In this document: piece by piece, positions 11,520 through 23,829 of the stretch
Position numbering within the stretch: position 1 is the first letter of the stretch
Layout of the letters: each line of letters starts with the position of its first letter
DNA from: Mobula hypostoma
Taxonomy: Eukaryota
Length of the DNA stretch: 64,000 bases
NCBI RefSeq assembly: GCF_963921235.1
Contig: NC_086097.1
Coordinates: 102,736,001 to 102,800,000, forward strand
Direction of reading: 5' to 3'
Made by a program: the position numbers and the translations under genes
The notes under the pieces: generated by a model
The model's database searches: none
Seen by the model: only the letters and a program-made list of their open reading frames with translations
What the model was told of the DNA's origin: nothing

Positions 11520-12010
11520 TCACAAATTGCTGGAGGAACTCAGCAGGCCAGACAGCATCTATGGAAAAGAGTAAACAGTTGACGTTTTGGGCTGAGACCC
11601 TTCATCAGGACTGGAGAAAAAGATGTGGTCAGAGTAAGAAGGTGGGGGAGGGGAGGAAGAAGTACAAGGGAGAGTGGGAGGGTTGAAGTAAAGGGCTGAG
11701 GAGTTGATTGGTGAAAGAGATAGAGGGCTGGAGAAGGGGGAGTCTGATAGGAGAGGACAGAAGGCCATGGAAGAAAAAAAGGAGGGGAGGAGCACCAGAG
11801 GGAGGTGATGGGCAGGTAAGGAGATAAGGTGAGGGAGGGAAACTGGAACGGGGAATAGTGAACGAGTGGGGGGGGGTGCAATCCCCTGAAGTTCGAGAAA
11901 TCGATGTTCATGCCATCAAGTTGGAGGCTACCCAGACAGAACACAAAGTGTTGATGCTTGAACCCGAGTGTGGCCTCATCGTGACAGTAGAGGACTGACA
12001 TGTCAGAATG
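11520..12010 (-). mobile_element. Penelope-like element 3' fragment (GIY-YIG C-terminus + terminal repeat with mutated hammerhead)
   Basis: LYCHDEATL...QHFVFCLGSLQLDGMNIDFSNFR on minus strand; CTGATGA...AAAAC at 11577-11612. Confidence 0.82.
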
Positions 12011-12800
12011 GGAAATTCTATGTACATTGACCTTGTTGATATCTGACACTGTTTATTTTATAAGTCATGCTAGTATTCATCAGTCATAACACATTTGCTA
12101 CTAAAGTCCATTATAGTTTGTAGCAGTGCCTACTCAGAAGTAGGTAGAGAAATTATCAGATCAAAATTGGAAGTTCCAGTAGAATTTGTACTATTATTAT
12201 TATACCACAATGTTAAGTCAACAACTAAAGCACCATTGCCATTGTAATTGAAGATTCAGGCAAGACTTCCGTTACAATTACATGACATAGCCTTCAATAA
12301 ATATAATGTGAAATATAAAGTTAAAGGTTATTGTGTCATTCATGGTAAATGGGAAACAGTTTGTGGGACACCGATCTCATAATCCACACACAACAACTTT
12401 TGGTAAATCGGAGGTTGTGTCAAAAGGAAAAGTTGTCTCTTTTCTAATCTGAAATGATCTACTCAACTGATTGCCGTTTCCCCACCAGCACTGTGATTAT
12501 CATGATCATGGCTGGGACTTTGAATAGAAATAATGCTGACATGTATTGCACGGCTAGCTGAAGGCAAGTTATCTTCCTTCCTGGCTTTCCTCAAACCTGG
12601 CACATCATTGCCTTCTCAGTCATGTTGAGTAAAGGATTCCGGCAAAGGAATTGTGCATATGTATGCCTGCATGTTAAAACTATAGTGGAGTGTTAGTTTG
12701 GTTATATGAATATTATTTAATTGAGAGTAACTTCACTTTTGATGATCAACCTTGCCAGAAAAAGTGTTTTTATATCATATGGTATGTCTTTTAATTTTAG

Positions 12801-12868
12801 TTTTTGTGCCTCCCTTGGATGTTGAAAACAATTGGTCTTTTCTGGATATTGACTTCTTCCACCTCATG
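12801..12868 (+). CDS. UBR1: UBR1 exon E (68 nt): VFVPPLDVENNWSFLDIDFFHLM
   Basis: aattttag acceptor, gtatgt donor; L.ID.FH motif. Confidence 0.9.
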
Positions 12869-13929
12869 GTATGTTTCTTTGGTAAATTTATGAACTTCAT
12901 CTTGTATAGAAAGATTTCACACAGATGAGGGTAGAAATCTCTTTCCTCAAAACTGAGTTGATCTATTTTATTTATAATTATTGTAGAATATAGTTATGGA
13001 GCAAAATTGGATTATGGAGTTATGATGTTTGGCCATGATCTAATTGAATGCCTTAATAGGGTTAGGAGCATTAAATAACTTTCTATTTTAATGGGTTAAG
13101 CTTGGAGTTTTGTGCCTATAAACATCATGTTCTGAAGCACAAATCCATCTGTCATCTATGGTCTGATTAGCTTTTTGTTTTTGATATCAGCTGCCAGAGG
13201 TGAGATTGGAACCCTCTGTACGCTCTGAAGGAATGTAAATGCAATATGGTCTGATCATTGAATGTTGATAAAACTAGTATTTGTATTAAGAATTAATCGA
13301 ATGAATGGGATTTATAGAATTAATAGGATGATACAGTACTTTAAATACCTCAAATACAGAGTCAATCAGGAGGTCTCGAATCTCTAAATTCATTGTTCTC
13401 AGCCTTTTCTTGAGAATTATAGAATTACATGGCATGGAAGCAAGCTCATCAGCCCAATACGTCCATGTTGACCAAATATTTTTTATAATTCTACCTATTT
13501 CATGGAGCTTATCCATTAGGAATTGATCTCTTGTTCAGGTGACTTAAACAAAAATTCACGTCTTTTACCTTAAGTGTTGATGGGAAGAACTTTGTAAGCA
13601 GTTCAAACATAATGTATAACATTAATTTCTTTCCTCGGCCTGTGTCCCTGACCTCGACATTTTAAAGGTTTTTAATTAAATTCTGGTCACAGACTGAGAC
13701 AAAGGAAGTCATCCAACACTAGTCTTATGATTGGTTGTAACGGTAAACTTTTCTTTGACCACATCTCCCGTGCCAGAAGTCTTGGAGTTTTCTCTTCAAA
13801 GATGTGAATGAGTTCCATGCTTAAGCTGCAAGTAGTTGCTTGATTTGTATGTTTAATTATATGCTTTTTTTTAAAAGAATCTTTTAGTTTAATTCTAAAG
13901 GGTTTGTTTTTTGTGATTTTTTTTCCAAG

Positions 13930-14080
13930 GTAAGTCTAGTCTTAGCATTTCCTTCATTGTACTCGGAAGAGACTGTGGAGCTGCAACCCTCTGATATCAG
14001 CTGTGCTTTCAACAACCTCTACCTCTTCCATCTGGTTACCATGGCACATATCGTGCAGATACTTTTTACCTCAACAACAG
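13930..14080 (+). CDS. UBR1: UBR1 exon F (151 nt): [50 protein letters not shown]
   Basis: poly-T ccaag acceptor, gtgaga donor; strong motif match. Confidence 0.94.
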
Positions 14081-15720
14081 GTGAGACTTACAAATACAAA
14101 TACTGCAATAGTCACTATAATCCAAGTGTTACTGTCAACACAAATGGGATTGTAAGTATAGAATTATCTCAATGTCCTTTTTTCCCCACAGAATAAGACA
14201 TACCGTTGCAGTGTTTAGAAATTCATAGTCATCCAGCACAGAAACAAGTCCATTGAATCTGTGCCAACCATCAAGCATGCATTCACACCTCGTCTGTAAT
14301 CAGTCTACACCTATTCCTTTTTATTCTCTCTGCACTCCCGTCTGGATTCTATGACTCATCAATGCTAGCAGCAAATAAGTTATTAACCATTATATTGGAA
14401 AGAATGGTTGAGTAAAATGATACTAAATAAAATAAGGGTTAACTCCCATTTCTGTAAATCCTGTAATGTTCACTTTCCAGTGAGTACCTGAACACTAAAG
14501 GTGAAGCAGGGGAATAATGGATATTTTCTAGGTTTCATACCTGCTCTTTCCTTCATCTACATAATTGAGTGATTGTGGGAAAAACTCAGGGCAGTGTATT
14601 AAATGAAGTCTTCTGATATTTTTAACATTTAGCATCTCAACATAAATTTTGTCTTTGACTGCATTATATTTTTAAAATCTTAAGTCCCTTAGACACATTG
14701 TGGTTTTTTTTTGGCCAATATACAGGTTGAAACCTAGAAGACACTTACATTTTTATACTTTTAAACAAATGCAGATCATACCTACTTTTGAGAGAATTTC
14801 CTGTGTTCCTCTAATGTGAATGAAACTGAACTAGTATCAGCTATCTTGTTATTCTCATTTCAATGCCTAGTGATCGGAGTTGATGACAATTAGAGATGGC
14901 CACAAATTGTTGGAACACCTCAAAATAACTTTCGGAGTGATTTGCATCAACAAATTTTACTCCCTACCCATGGTAAAACGTGCTTAGCTACTGCTACTGC
15001 ATTTATTTATTTTGAGAAATATCACACAACCTCAGTTTAACCAAAAACCTAATCATGGGGCAATTTACAATAACCATTTAACTGACCCAGTACGTCTTTG
15101 GACTGTGGGAGGAAACGAGAGGACCTGGAGGAAATCCACACATTCCACAGAGAGGATGTACAGAGACTCCTTATAGAGGACACCATGATTTAACTCCCAA
15201 CACCCTGAGCTGTAATATCATCATGCTAACTGCTAAACTACCATGGTGCTCATGGATTTATGTAATACGTTTTGATGTGGCACAATATGCAGAGACATTA
15301 GACAAGAGTGCAAGCTAACAAAAATTAATGTCAAAGGTGACAATATTAGTAGAGTGAAACAAAGAGGAATTGGAATACAAATCCAAGACCTTATGGACAA
15401 ACATTGATGGGACTAGGTGAATATTGTTCCAAGAAGAAGCTGAAGAATTTCACATTCTTAGAGTATTTCTAAACCTGGAAGAGTTTAGAACAAAAACAAA
15501 ACAACTGCTAGAGGAACTTAGTGGGAGGCAAAAAGATACTCAATGTTTTGGCTCAAGACCCTGCATCAAAGAGAATGCAGATGGGAGGCATCCAATATAA
15601 AGAGGTTTGAGAGGGTTGTGAGGTGGGACCTGGTAGGTGATGGGTAGAACCAGATGAGGAGGGGGATGAAGGGCTGACTGAGCCAGAAGGGCAAGCACTG
15701 GAGTTGGGAAATGGTGTGTG

Positions 15721-16557
15721 TAAACTGCCCCAAAATCGAATTTAGACGAATACTTAATATTGTATAACTATATTAATAAAAGGGGCAAGGATGATGTCTA
15801 AGAAGAAGATTAAAAAGTCTGCTCCGAAGGCTGATAAACATAAAGAGACGCAGCAAGGCGACGGGCCTAGCTCCCCCACGGCAAGCCAGGACGGAGATAA
15901 TGAGGAGGAATCGGTGACTCTGTCTTTGTTTCTTGGAGAGATTCGCGAGTTCCAACGAGATAACAACAAACAGCTGGAGGACATTAAAGGAGAAATAGTA
16001 AAAACTAACTCGAGGATAGATGAAGCCGAAGCGAGGATTGTTGGAATTGAAGAGAAGCTACAAAACGCAGAGGAAGTGATAGCAGAAATGCTAAAGCTGC
16101 AAGAGCAGCTCCAATGGAAGCTCATAGACCAAGAAGGCCGCTCAAGAAGGGAAAATGTGAGGATCTACGGAGTTCCCAAAGGAGCTGAAGGTAAACTCGG
16201 ATTGATGATTCCCTTCGTGGAGAAGCTGCTTAGAGAGAACCTTGATATACCGGCCGCAAAAGACCTACAGATAGAAAGGGCTCACCGCGCGTTGGCACCA
16301 CAGCCTCCGGCAGGTGCCCAGCTCAGATCGATTCTGGTCAGATTTCTCAGTTACAGAACGAAGGAAGAGGTACTTAAATGGGCATGGCAAAAGAAAGGTT
16401 TCATGTGGAGCAACTGTAGAATCAGTTTAGACCACGATTACGCACTGGGGATCCTTGCCAGATGGAAGGAATATGCGGAAACACGGAGGGTCCTGAAGAA
16501 AACAACATCAGATTTCAGACCCTGTATCCAGCTCGGCTGAAAGTCTTTTACGACGAA
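15721..16557 (+). mobile_element. L1-clade ORF1-only insertion with 15-bp TSD
   Basis: GGGAAATGGTGTGTG at 15706-15720 and 16558-16572; contains L1 ORF1. Confidence 0.85.
15791..16557 (+). pseudogene. L1 ORF1p (coiled coil + RRM + start of CTD), frameshifted near 16500 and 3'-truncated
   Basis: Heptad region, EGRSRRENVRIYGV, IERAHR motifs; alternate frame continues NNIRFQTLYPARLKVFYDEG. Confidence 0.88.
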
Positions 16558-16881
16558 GGGAAATGGTGTGTGATAGGGTAGAGACAGATGCAGGGGGAGG
16601 GTGGAGGTAGAGGATTGGATTGAAGGTGTGAAGTAGAGACACAAAATGCTCCAAATGCTGGAGTCTAATAATTAAGAAGGTGTAAAGTGGAGGCAGATAA
16701 ATGGGAGATTATGGACCAGATGGAAACACTTTGGGGGGTGGGGCAATTGGAGAGTTTAATAATGGGATACATTGAGGCCATGGACTTGAGAAGGAGAATT
16801 TTAAGAGGGGTGTGTTTTAGAACCAGGAATCAGTGCAGGTTTACTCAGAGAAACACGTTGGTTGGCCAAAAGATGTGTATG

Positions 16882-17495
16882 CAGACATCCCACCCTGCGA
16901 AAACTCATTTCAGGGTAGCAGCCCCGCCCCCTGCAACCCCATATTCCCCCCCCCCCCGGGTCGACCTCCAACAGTGTATGTAATACTTTGTTTAATGATT
17001 TTGTCTAATCTGTAAACCAAGTTGGGTATATGCAGAAAATGTGACATTAAAGTGTGTACATATATTATGTTTATTCTATTACAACTTTAAGCAAGTCTAC
17101 AGGGAGTTTGGCCTCATCACGTAGGACATCAATAGGTTAGCTCCTTAGCAGCTAGGCAGCTAGTTTAAATAACATTAGCTACGCTAATGAATGAATGACA
17201 CCTGTTAAACTCACCTCAACTTGTCTTTTACATTTTAACCCACCATGGGCAATAGAAAAGTCACTGTTGCAAACAGTGCAGCGAGCAACACTGTCATTAT
17301 TTTTGAGGTCGACTGTAAAGCCCACCCACAGAGAAAACTGATAGGTCTACTTAGCACGAAGAGAGACCAATCAGGATGCTCCCTCTCCCTCTCAAAAAAA
17401 TCGATTTGCGGGATATTGTATATAACTTCCGGGCATCGGAGCCACTATCAATATGCGGGAGGCTCCCGGAACATCCGGCAGAGGTGGGATGTCTG
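16882..17495 (-). mobile_element. Non-autonomous hAT-like DNA transposon, copy 2 (6-bp TSD TGTATG)
   Basis: Same TIRs as 602-1278; TGTATG at 16876-16881 and 17496-17501; shared internal segment encoding ARCTVCNSDFSIAHGG. Confidence 0.85.
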
Positions 17496-17539
17496 TGTAT
17501 GGAGGGTGGAAGAGCAGACTGTTGGAATGTTGGAATTAG

Positions 17540-19532
17540 AAACATAGAAACTTAGAAAACCTACAGCACAATACAGGCCCTTCAGCCTACAAAGCTGTGC
17601 CAAATATGTCCTTACCTTAGAAAAATAGAGGGCTATGGGTAACCCTAGCTAATTTCTGAGGTCCATGTACCTGTCCAGGAGTCTCTTAAAAGACCCTATC
17701 ATTTCCACTTCCACCACCGTTGCCAGCAGCCTATTCCACGCACTCACCACCCTCTGCGTTTTTAAAAAACAAAAACAACTTACCCCTGACATCTCCTCTG
17801 CACCTACTTCCAAACACCTTAAAACTGCCCTTTCGTGTTAGCCATTTCAGCCCTGGGAAAAAGCCTCTGACTATCCACACAATCAATGCTCTCATCATCT
17901 TATACACCTCTATCAGATCATCTCTCATCCTCCATTGCTCCAAGGAAAAAAGGCTGAGTTCACTCAACCTATTCTCATAAGGCATGCTCCCCAATCCTTG
18001 TAAATCTCCTCTGCAACCCTTTCTATGGTTTCCTCATCCTTCCTGTAGTGAGGTGACCAGAACTGAGCACAGTGCACCAAGTGGGGTCTGGCCAGGGTCC
18101 TATAAAGCTGCAACATTACCTCTCGGCTCCCAAACTCAATCCCATGATTGATGAAGGCCAGTGCACTGTATGCTTTAACCACACAGTCAACCTGTGCAGC
18201 AGCTTTGAGTGTCTCATGGACTCGGACCCCAAGATCCCTCTGATCCTCCACACTGCCAAGAGTCTTAACATTAATACTATATTCTGCCATCATATTTGAC
18301 CTCCCAAAATGAACGACCTCACACTTATCTGGGTTGAACTCCATCTGCCACTTCTCAGCCCAGTTTTGCATCCTATCGATGTCCTGCTGTAACCTCTGAC
18401 GGCACTCCACACTATCCTCAACACTCAACACCTCCAACCTTTGTGTCATCAGCAAATTTACTAACCCATCCCTCCATTTCCTCATCCAGGTCATTTATAA
18501 AAATCACGAAGAGAAGGGGTCCCAGAACAGATCCCTGAGGCACACCACTGGTGACTGACCTCCATGCAGAATATGACCCGTCTACAGCCACTCTTTGCTT
18601 TCTGTGGGCAAACCAGTTCTGGATCCATAAAGCAATGTCCCCTTGGATCCCATGCCTCCTTACTTTCTCAATAAGCCTTACATGGGGTACCATATCAAAT
18701 GCCTTGCTGTAATCCATATACACTACATCTCCTGCTCTTCCTTCATCAATGTGTTTAGTCCCATACTCAAAAAATTCAATCAGGCTCGTAAGGCACGACC
18801 TGCCCTTGACAGAGCCATGCTGACTATTCCTAGTCATATTATGCCTCTCCAAATGTTCATAAATTCTGCCTCTCAGGATCTTCTCCATCAACTTACCAAC
18901 CACTGAAGTAAGACTCACTGGTCTATAATTTCCTGGCCTATCTCTACTCCCTTTTTTGAATAATGGCATAACATCCACAACCCTCCAATCCTCCAGAACC
19001 TCTCCAGTCCCCACTGATGATGCAAAGATCATTGCCAGAGGCTCAGCAATCTCCTCCCTCACCTCCCACAGTAGCCTGGTGTACATCCTGTTTTGTCCCG
19101 GTGACTTATCCAACTTGATGCTTTCCAAAAGCTCCAGCATATCCTCTTTCTTAATATCTACATGCTCAAGCTTTTCAGTCTGCTGTAAGTTATCCTGACA
19201 GTTGCCAAGATCCTTTTCCGTAGTGAATACTGAAGCAAAGTACTCATTAAGTACCTCTGCTATCTCCTCCAGTTCCATAAACACTTTTCCACTGTCACAC
19301 TTGATTGGTCCTATTCTCTCCCGTCTTATCCTCTTGCTCTTCACATACCTGTAGAATGCCTTGGGGTTTTCTTTAATCCTGTCTGCCAAGACCTTCTCAT
19401 GGCCCCTTCGGTCTCTCATAATTTCTTTCTTAAGCTCCTTCCTGCTCGTCTTATAATCTTCTAGATCTCTATCATTACCTAATTTTTTTGAACCTTTTGT
19501 AAGCTCTTCTTGACTAGATTTACAACAGCCTT
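17540..19532 (-). mobile_element. CR1 LINE, 5'-truncated, with RT domain
   Basis: 385-aa [28 protein letters not shown]. Confidence 0.95.
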
Positions 19533-19971
19533 TGAATTGATGGGTATAAGTGCAGAAAAGTGGTGATGTTGCCATTTTTTTGGGAGAGTGTAGGACTAGT
19601 GTGTCCTACAGACAGTATGGAAGTATTTGACCTGAATAAAAGATTTGATCTGTGAGAACTATAGTTCCAAATACCATAATATTTTGTTTTTTTTTTGAGG
19701 TGGCAAGCAGTGTCTGTGCTCTGTCCAAGTCCCCCGATAGTAGGTTTCTGAGACTTGAATTCTCATTTGGTTGGAATTGTTTGACCTTTCTGCTTATCAG
19801 CCCTTAGGTGTCACAAGTTCTTGAAGCACATGATGCAACGTGTATCTGCATATAAACTAACCTAGATTTTGTTCGTCCATTTTATTTGGATCCCCTTCTA
19901 AACCAAATAATTTACCTGATTACAATTGAAGACACTAGTATGAAGTGTAATGGCACATTTTTAATGAACAG

Positions 19972-20059
19972 ACTGTCCCATGGAGCAGGATGGAGAGGAA
20001 AGTGAGGAGACCCGTTCAGCAGCAGAACTTTATGAAACTCTTCAAGAATACACAGGCAG
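19972..20059 (+). CDS. UBR1: UBR1 exon G (88 nt): DCPMEQDGEESEETRSAAELYETLQEYTG
   Basis: aacag acceptor, gtatgc donor; phases 1/2 bridge exons F and H; SEE..SA.......YT pattern. Confidence 0.85.
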
Positions 20060-20199
20060 GTATGCATCATCAGGAGGCAAAAATAATTGTGGTCAAATGG
20101 CTTCTTGGTCTGTATAACTTATAGCAGGCATGCTGTTCCTAACTGGACTTGGTTGATCAATGACCAACCAAAGTATTAAATCATCAGCACGATGTTCGA

Positions 20200-20580
20200 A
20201 AAACGCAAACACAAGGAAATCTGCAGATGCTGGAAATTCAAACAACACACATCAAAGTTGCTGGTGAACGCAGCAGGCCAGGCAGCATCTATAGGAAGAG
20301 GTACAGTTGACATTTCGGGCCGAGACCCTTCATCAGGACGAACTGAAAGAAGAGATAGTAAGAGATTTGAGAGGGGGAGGGGGAGGGGGAGATCCGAAAT
20401 GATAGGAGAAGACAGGAGGGGGAGGGATGGAGCTGAGCTGGAAAGCTGATTGGCAAAAGGGATACAAGGCTGGAGAGGATCATGGGACGGGAAGCTCAGA
20501 GGATGGAGAGCAGGCAAGGAGTTATAGTGAGAGGGACCGAGGGAGAAAAAAAGGGGGGAAAAATTAAAAATAATAATTTA
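20200..20580 (-). mobile_element. Penelope-derived element with hammerhead-like motif (20305-20340)
   Basis: Same family as 2493-2768; CTGATGA AGGGTCTCGGCCC GAAAT GTC on minus strand. Confidence 0.8.
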
Positions 20581-21259
20581 GCAGCATTTTTTCAAAAACA
20601 CCAGCATTTTTTATGCGTGTAGCACAATGTTCTAGGAATCTTCATCCAGAGTATGAAGATTAATAATATCAATCAATCTTAGTCTTTGGATCTTACTTCC
20701 ACTAGTCACCAAGTGAGAAATGTGAATGTATTAGAAGTTGGATTCTTTTACCAGAAGCAGCATGCCTTTTATTTTGTTTAAATATGTGAGATAATATCTT
20801 AACCTTGGAGGAGAATTGAAGTCAATGAAAAAAAATTGAACTAAGATGGGGCATGGGCTAAATCACCTTGATCTTTTTCATTAGTGCCCTTCAGTCACCT
20901 TCAGTCGATCATAGCAATGTTGCCATTCTCCTTGTAGCCAGCCCCTGTCTCTTTAATTCCAGGTCAGATTGTGGCCAGCCCCAGTCTCCTTCATTTGCGC
21001 TGTACTGCTGCCACAAACCAATTCCATGCCTTCTAAATTTGGTCTTGGTTTCATAAGACCATTCTCACTCTTAAGGTCTACTTTTATCAAAGCATTCTGG
21101 CATGTTTCATTAGCATGAAACTGTTCGCTTTTAAATCTTGTCACTTCATTTACTGAAAAGGGAATTCAGTGCAGTGTTTGAGTATTTCAGCTAATATTTT
21201 AATATGAATTACTGTAATTTTGCTTATTCTCTCTTGAAATTCAGGTTGCAGCAAAGCAA

Positions 21260-21440
21260 TGTGCACAAAATGTTGGAGGACCTCAGAAGGCCAGGCAGCA
21301 TCTAGGAAAGGAGTACAGTCGATGTTTCAGGCCAGAACCCTTCGGCAGGACCCTAGATGCTGCCTGGCGTACCGAGTTCCTCCAGTATTTTGTGTATGTT
21401 GCTCGGATTTCCAGCATCTACAGATTTTCTATTGTTTGTA
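21260..21440. mobile_element. Short palindromic Penelope-derived insertion, 11-bp TSD
   Basis: CAGCAAAGCAA at 21249-21259 and 21441-21451; two inverted terminal-repeat pieces. Confidence 0.75.
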
Positions 21441-21505
21441 CAGCAAAGCAAAGGTTTTGTTTACTTTGGGCCAAATACATTGAAATAACTTGCATTTATT
21501 AATAG

Positions 21506-21639
21506 ATGTTTAGAAAGTAAGCCCCATGGCTGGTACTTGTGGAATTGTGTGAAGTGTGGCATCACTCCATTCCTCCGCTGTTCTGCTTTGTTCTTCAACT
21601 ACCTACTTGGTGTGCCACCACCTGGGGATCTCTCAAAAG
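21506..21639 (+). CDS. UBR1: UBR1 exon H (134 nt): [45 protein letters not shown]
   Basis: taatag acceptor, gtaagt donor; GWYLW and GITP.LRC.ALFF motifs. Confidence 0.94.
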
Positions 21640-21757
21640 GTAAGTGAAAGACTATTATAAGTTTGGGGAAGTATATTTTCATGAATAGGAAGTCTAGGTT
21701 ATGTAAGAAAACAGAAAGGGCAAAAAACACACACAAAATCCCAATCTGAAAGCTAAG

Positions 21758-22287
21758 TGTAACACCCTGGGAAGGTTTCACTGCTAATGGAATGGTCTTT
21801 CTGTAGAAGCCGTGTCTGGGTTGTGGTTAGAGATAACAGGTGCTTTGGAATGTGAGCCGTCCAATGACGGGAGATGAACAGAGAGGACGGTGGAGAGAAC
21901 CGGTTGTAGGATTCGACCCTGTTGGGGACCATGATTCGATGGAGCAAGGTGTCGGGGTCTGCTGAGGATCAGTGAATGTGTATGATGTTTGGAAGAGCTA
22001 AGCTCCAACTTGTGCACTGTTTAATTATAATGGGCCCTTTTTTGTATTTTTTCTTTCTTTTTACTAACCCTTTAATTAAGTTAGGATACATAATTATAAT
22101 TCCTTTAACCATATGCAGTGTGTTGTCTGTTGTTTCTTGGCACTGAGTTGTAACAGGGTTGCAAATTACAGAGCATCCACATGAACCGAGGTTTGGCGTG
22201 GGAGAGCCAGCTCAATCTCACGGGATTGGCAGGACTGGAGTGTGTCTTTCCTAGACGTACGCAGCCAAGGAAACCAGTGGGGTTTCA
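21758..22287. mobile_element. Solo LTR (530 bp), TG...CA, 4-bp TSD TAAG
   Basis: TAAG|TGTAACACCC...GGGGTTTCA|TAAG; short imperfect terminal inverted repeat; no coding remnant. Confidence 0.72.
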
Positions 22288-22539
22288 TAAGCAATGACTA
22301 TTAAATTAATATAGCATTTTTAAACTTGTTAACTATTCCCCAGCAATCTTTTGTGTACTGTCAAACAAAATATCCCACCTAAATCACCTTAAGAGGTGGG
22401 TGACCAAATGTTTGGTCACAGCTGTCGATTTTAAGTCCTTTAGAAGGGAGGAAGGCACAGTTTTGAAGATGGGAAAACAGATTTTGAACTAGATTTTTCC
22501 CACTCATAGGAAAATGATGGTAGAGTTAAGAACCATGAA

Positions 22540-23450
22540 TGACAGGAAGACTGGGATGTTTAGTCAAGAGAAAGAAGGTGGCCGACTTAAGATTTCGGAA
22601 GCAAAAGTCAGGCAGGGCTCCTGAGAATTATAAGGTAGTCAGAAAGAAGCTTAAGAAGAGACGTAGGGACTTAGGAGAAACAGAAAGAGATACAAGAAAT
22701 ATTAAGGAAAACCCCAAGGCAGTATTTTACACATACATGAAGAACAGGAGGATGATTAGAGTGAGGTTTGAACTGTCAGGGATAAAGTGGGGAAATGCCT
22801 GAAGGCAGAGGAGGTAAGGGGGGACCTTAATGAATACTTTGTTTCTGTGTTCATCAAAGGAGGAGGACTTGGACAAATGTGAGTTTAGTGTGAAACAGGC
22901 TATTGTGCTGGAATATGCCGCAGTTGAGAACGAGTCAGTGTTGGAACTTCTGAAAAACATTAGGATAAATGAGTCAGTGGAGCCAGATGAGATATTTACC
23001 GCAAGTTACTATGGGAAGCAAGGAATAAAATTTGGTGGGCCTTGATGATATTTGCAACCTCCCAGGCCATAGGAGTGGTACCAAAGGATTGGAGGATGGC
23101 AAATGTTGTTCTGTTGTAATAAAGTTAATGAAGATAATACTGGGAATTACAGACCAGTGATTCTGACATCACTAGTGAGCAAACTATTCGATAGGATTCT
23201 TAGGTGTGTGATTTTCAAGCATTTGAAGAAGCATAAGTCTATGAGGGATAATTAACATAGTTTTGTTGAAGGTGAGGTTGTGCTTTATGAGCCTAATTGA
23301 GTTTGTCAAAGAGGTGACAAAATGTTGAAATGATGTATATGGATTTTAGTAAGGTATTTGACAAGGTTCCCCATGGTCGGCTCATTTGAAAGTCATGGGA
23401 TCCATGGGGATGGCTGAAAGGATTCAGATTTGGCTTGCCCACAGATGAGA
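22540..23450 (+). mobile_element. Degenerate CR1 LINE ORF2 fragment
   Basis: [11 protein letters not shown]; disrupted GNYRPV and DFSKVFDKVPH motifs. Confidence 0.8.
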
Positions 23451-23829
23451 GAGGATGGAGCACTTCCATGCAGAACACACCTCATCAGCACAACTGGTCC
23501 TCCACATCACATGCAGCTTCTTTTTCGATTCTACTGGAGTCAAGTCTTTCACTGATTTTATGTGCCTTTGTTTCTTAAGTGTTTCATTTCCCTTGTAGTT
23601 TTGCATGGAGTCATAGAAAAGTACAGTAAGGAAACAGGCCCTTTGGCCCCTCTAGTCCATGCAAAACCATTTAAACTGCTCCAGGACCATACCCGACTAT
23701 CCATGTACCTATCCCAACTTCTCTTAAGCATTGAAATCAAGCTTGACTTCCATTGGCAGGTCATTCCACACTCTCAAGACTCTCTGAAGAAATTCCCCTT
23801 AAACATGAGGGGAACATGCAGGAAAAAGC

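Noticed and set aside
18418..19575. 385-aa RT ORF as a functional gene or prokaryotic-type RT system
   Set aside because: Ordinary 5'-truncated CR1 ORF2 with a frameshift after FADD; eukaryotic intronic context.
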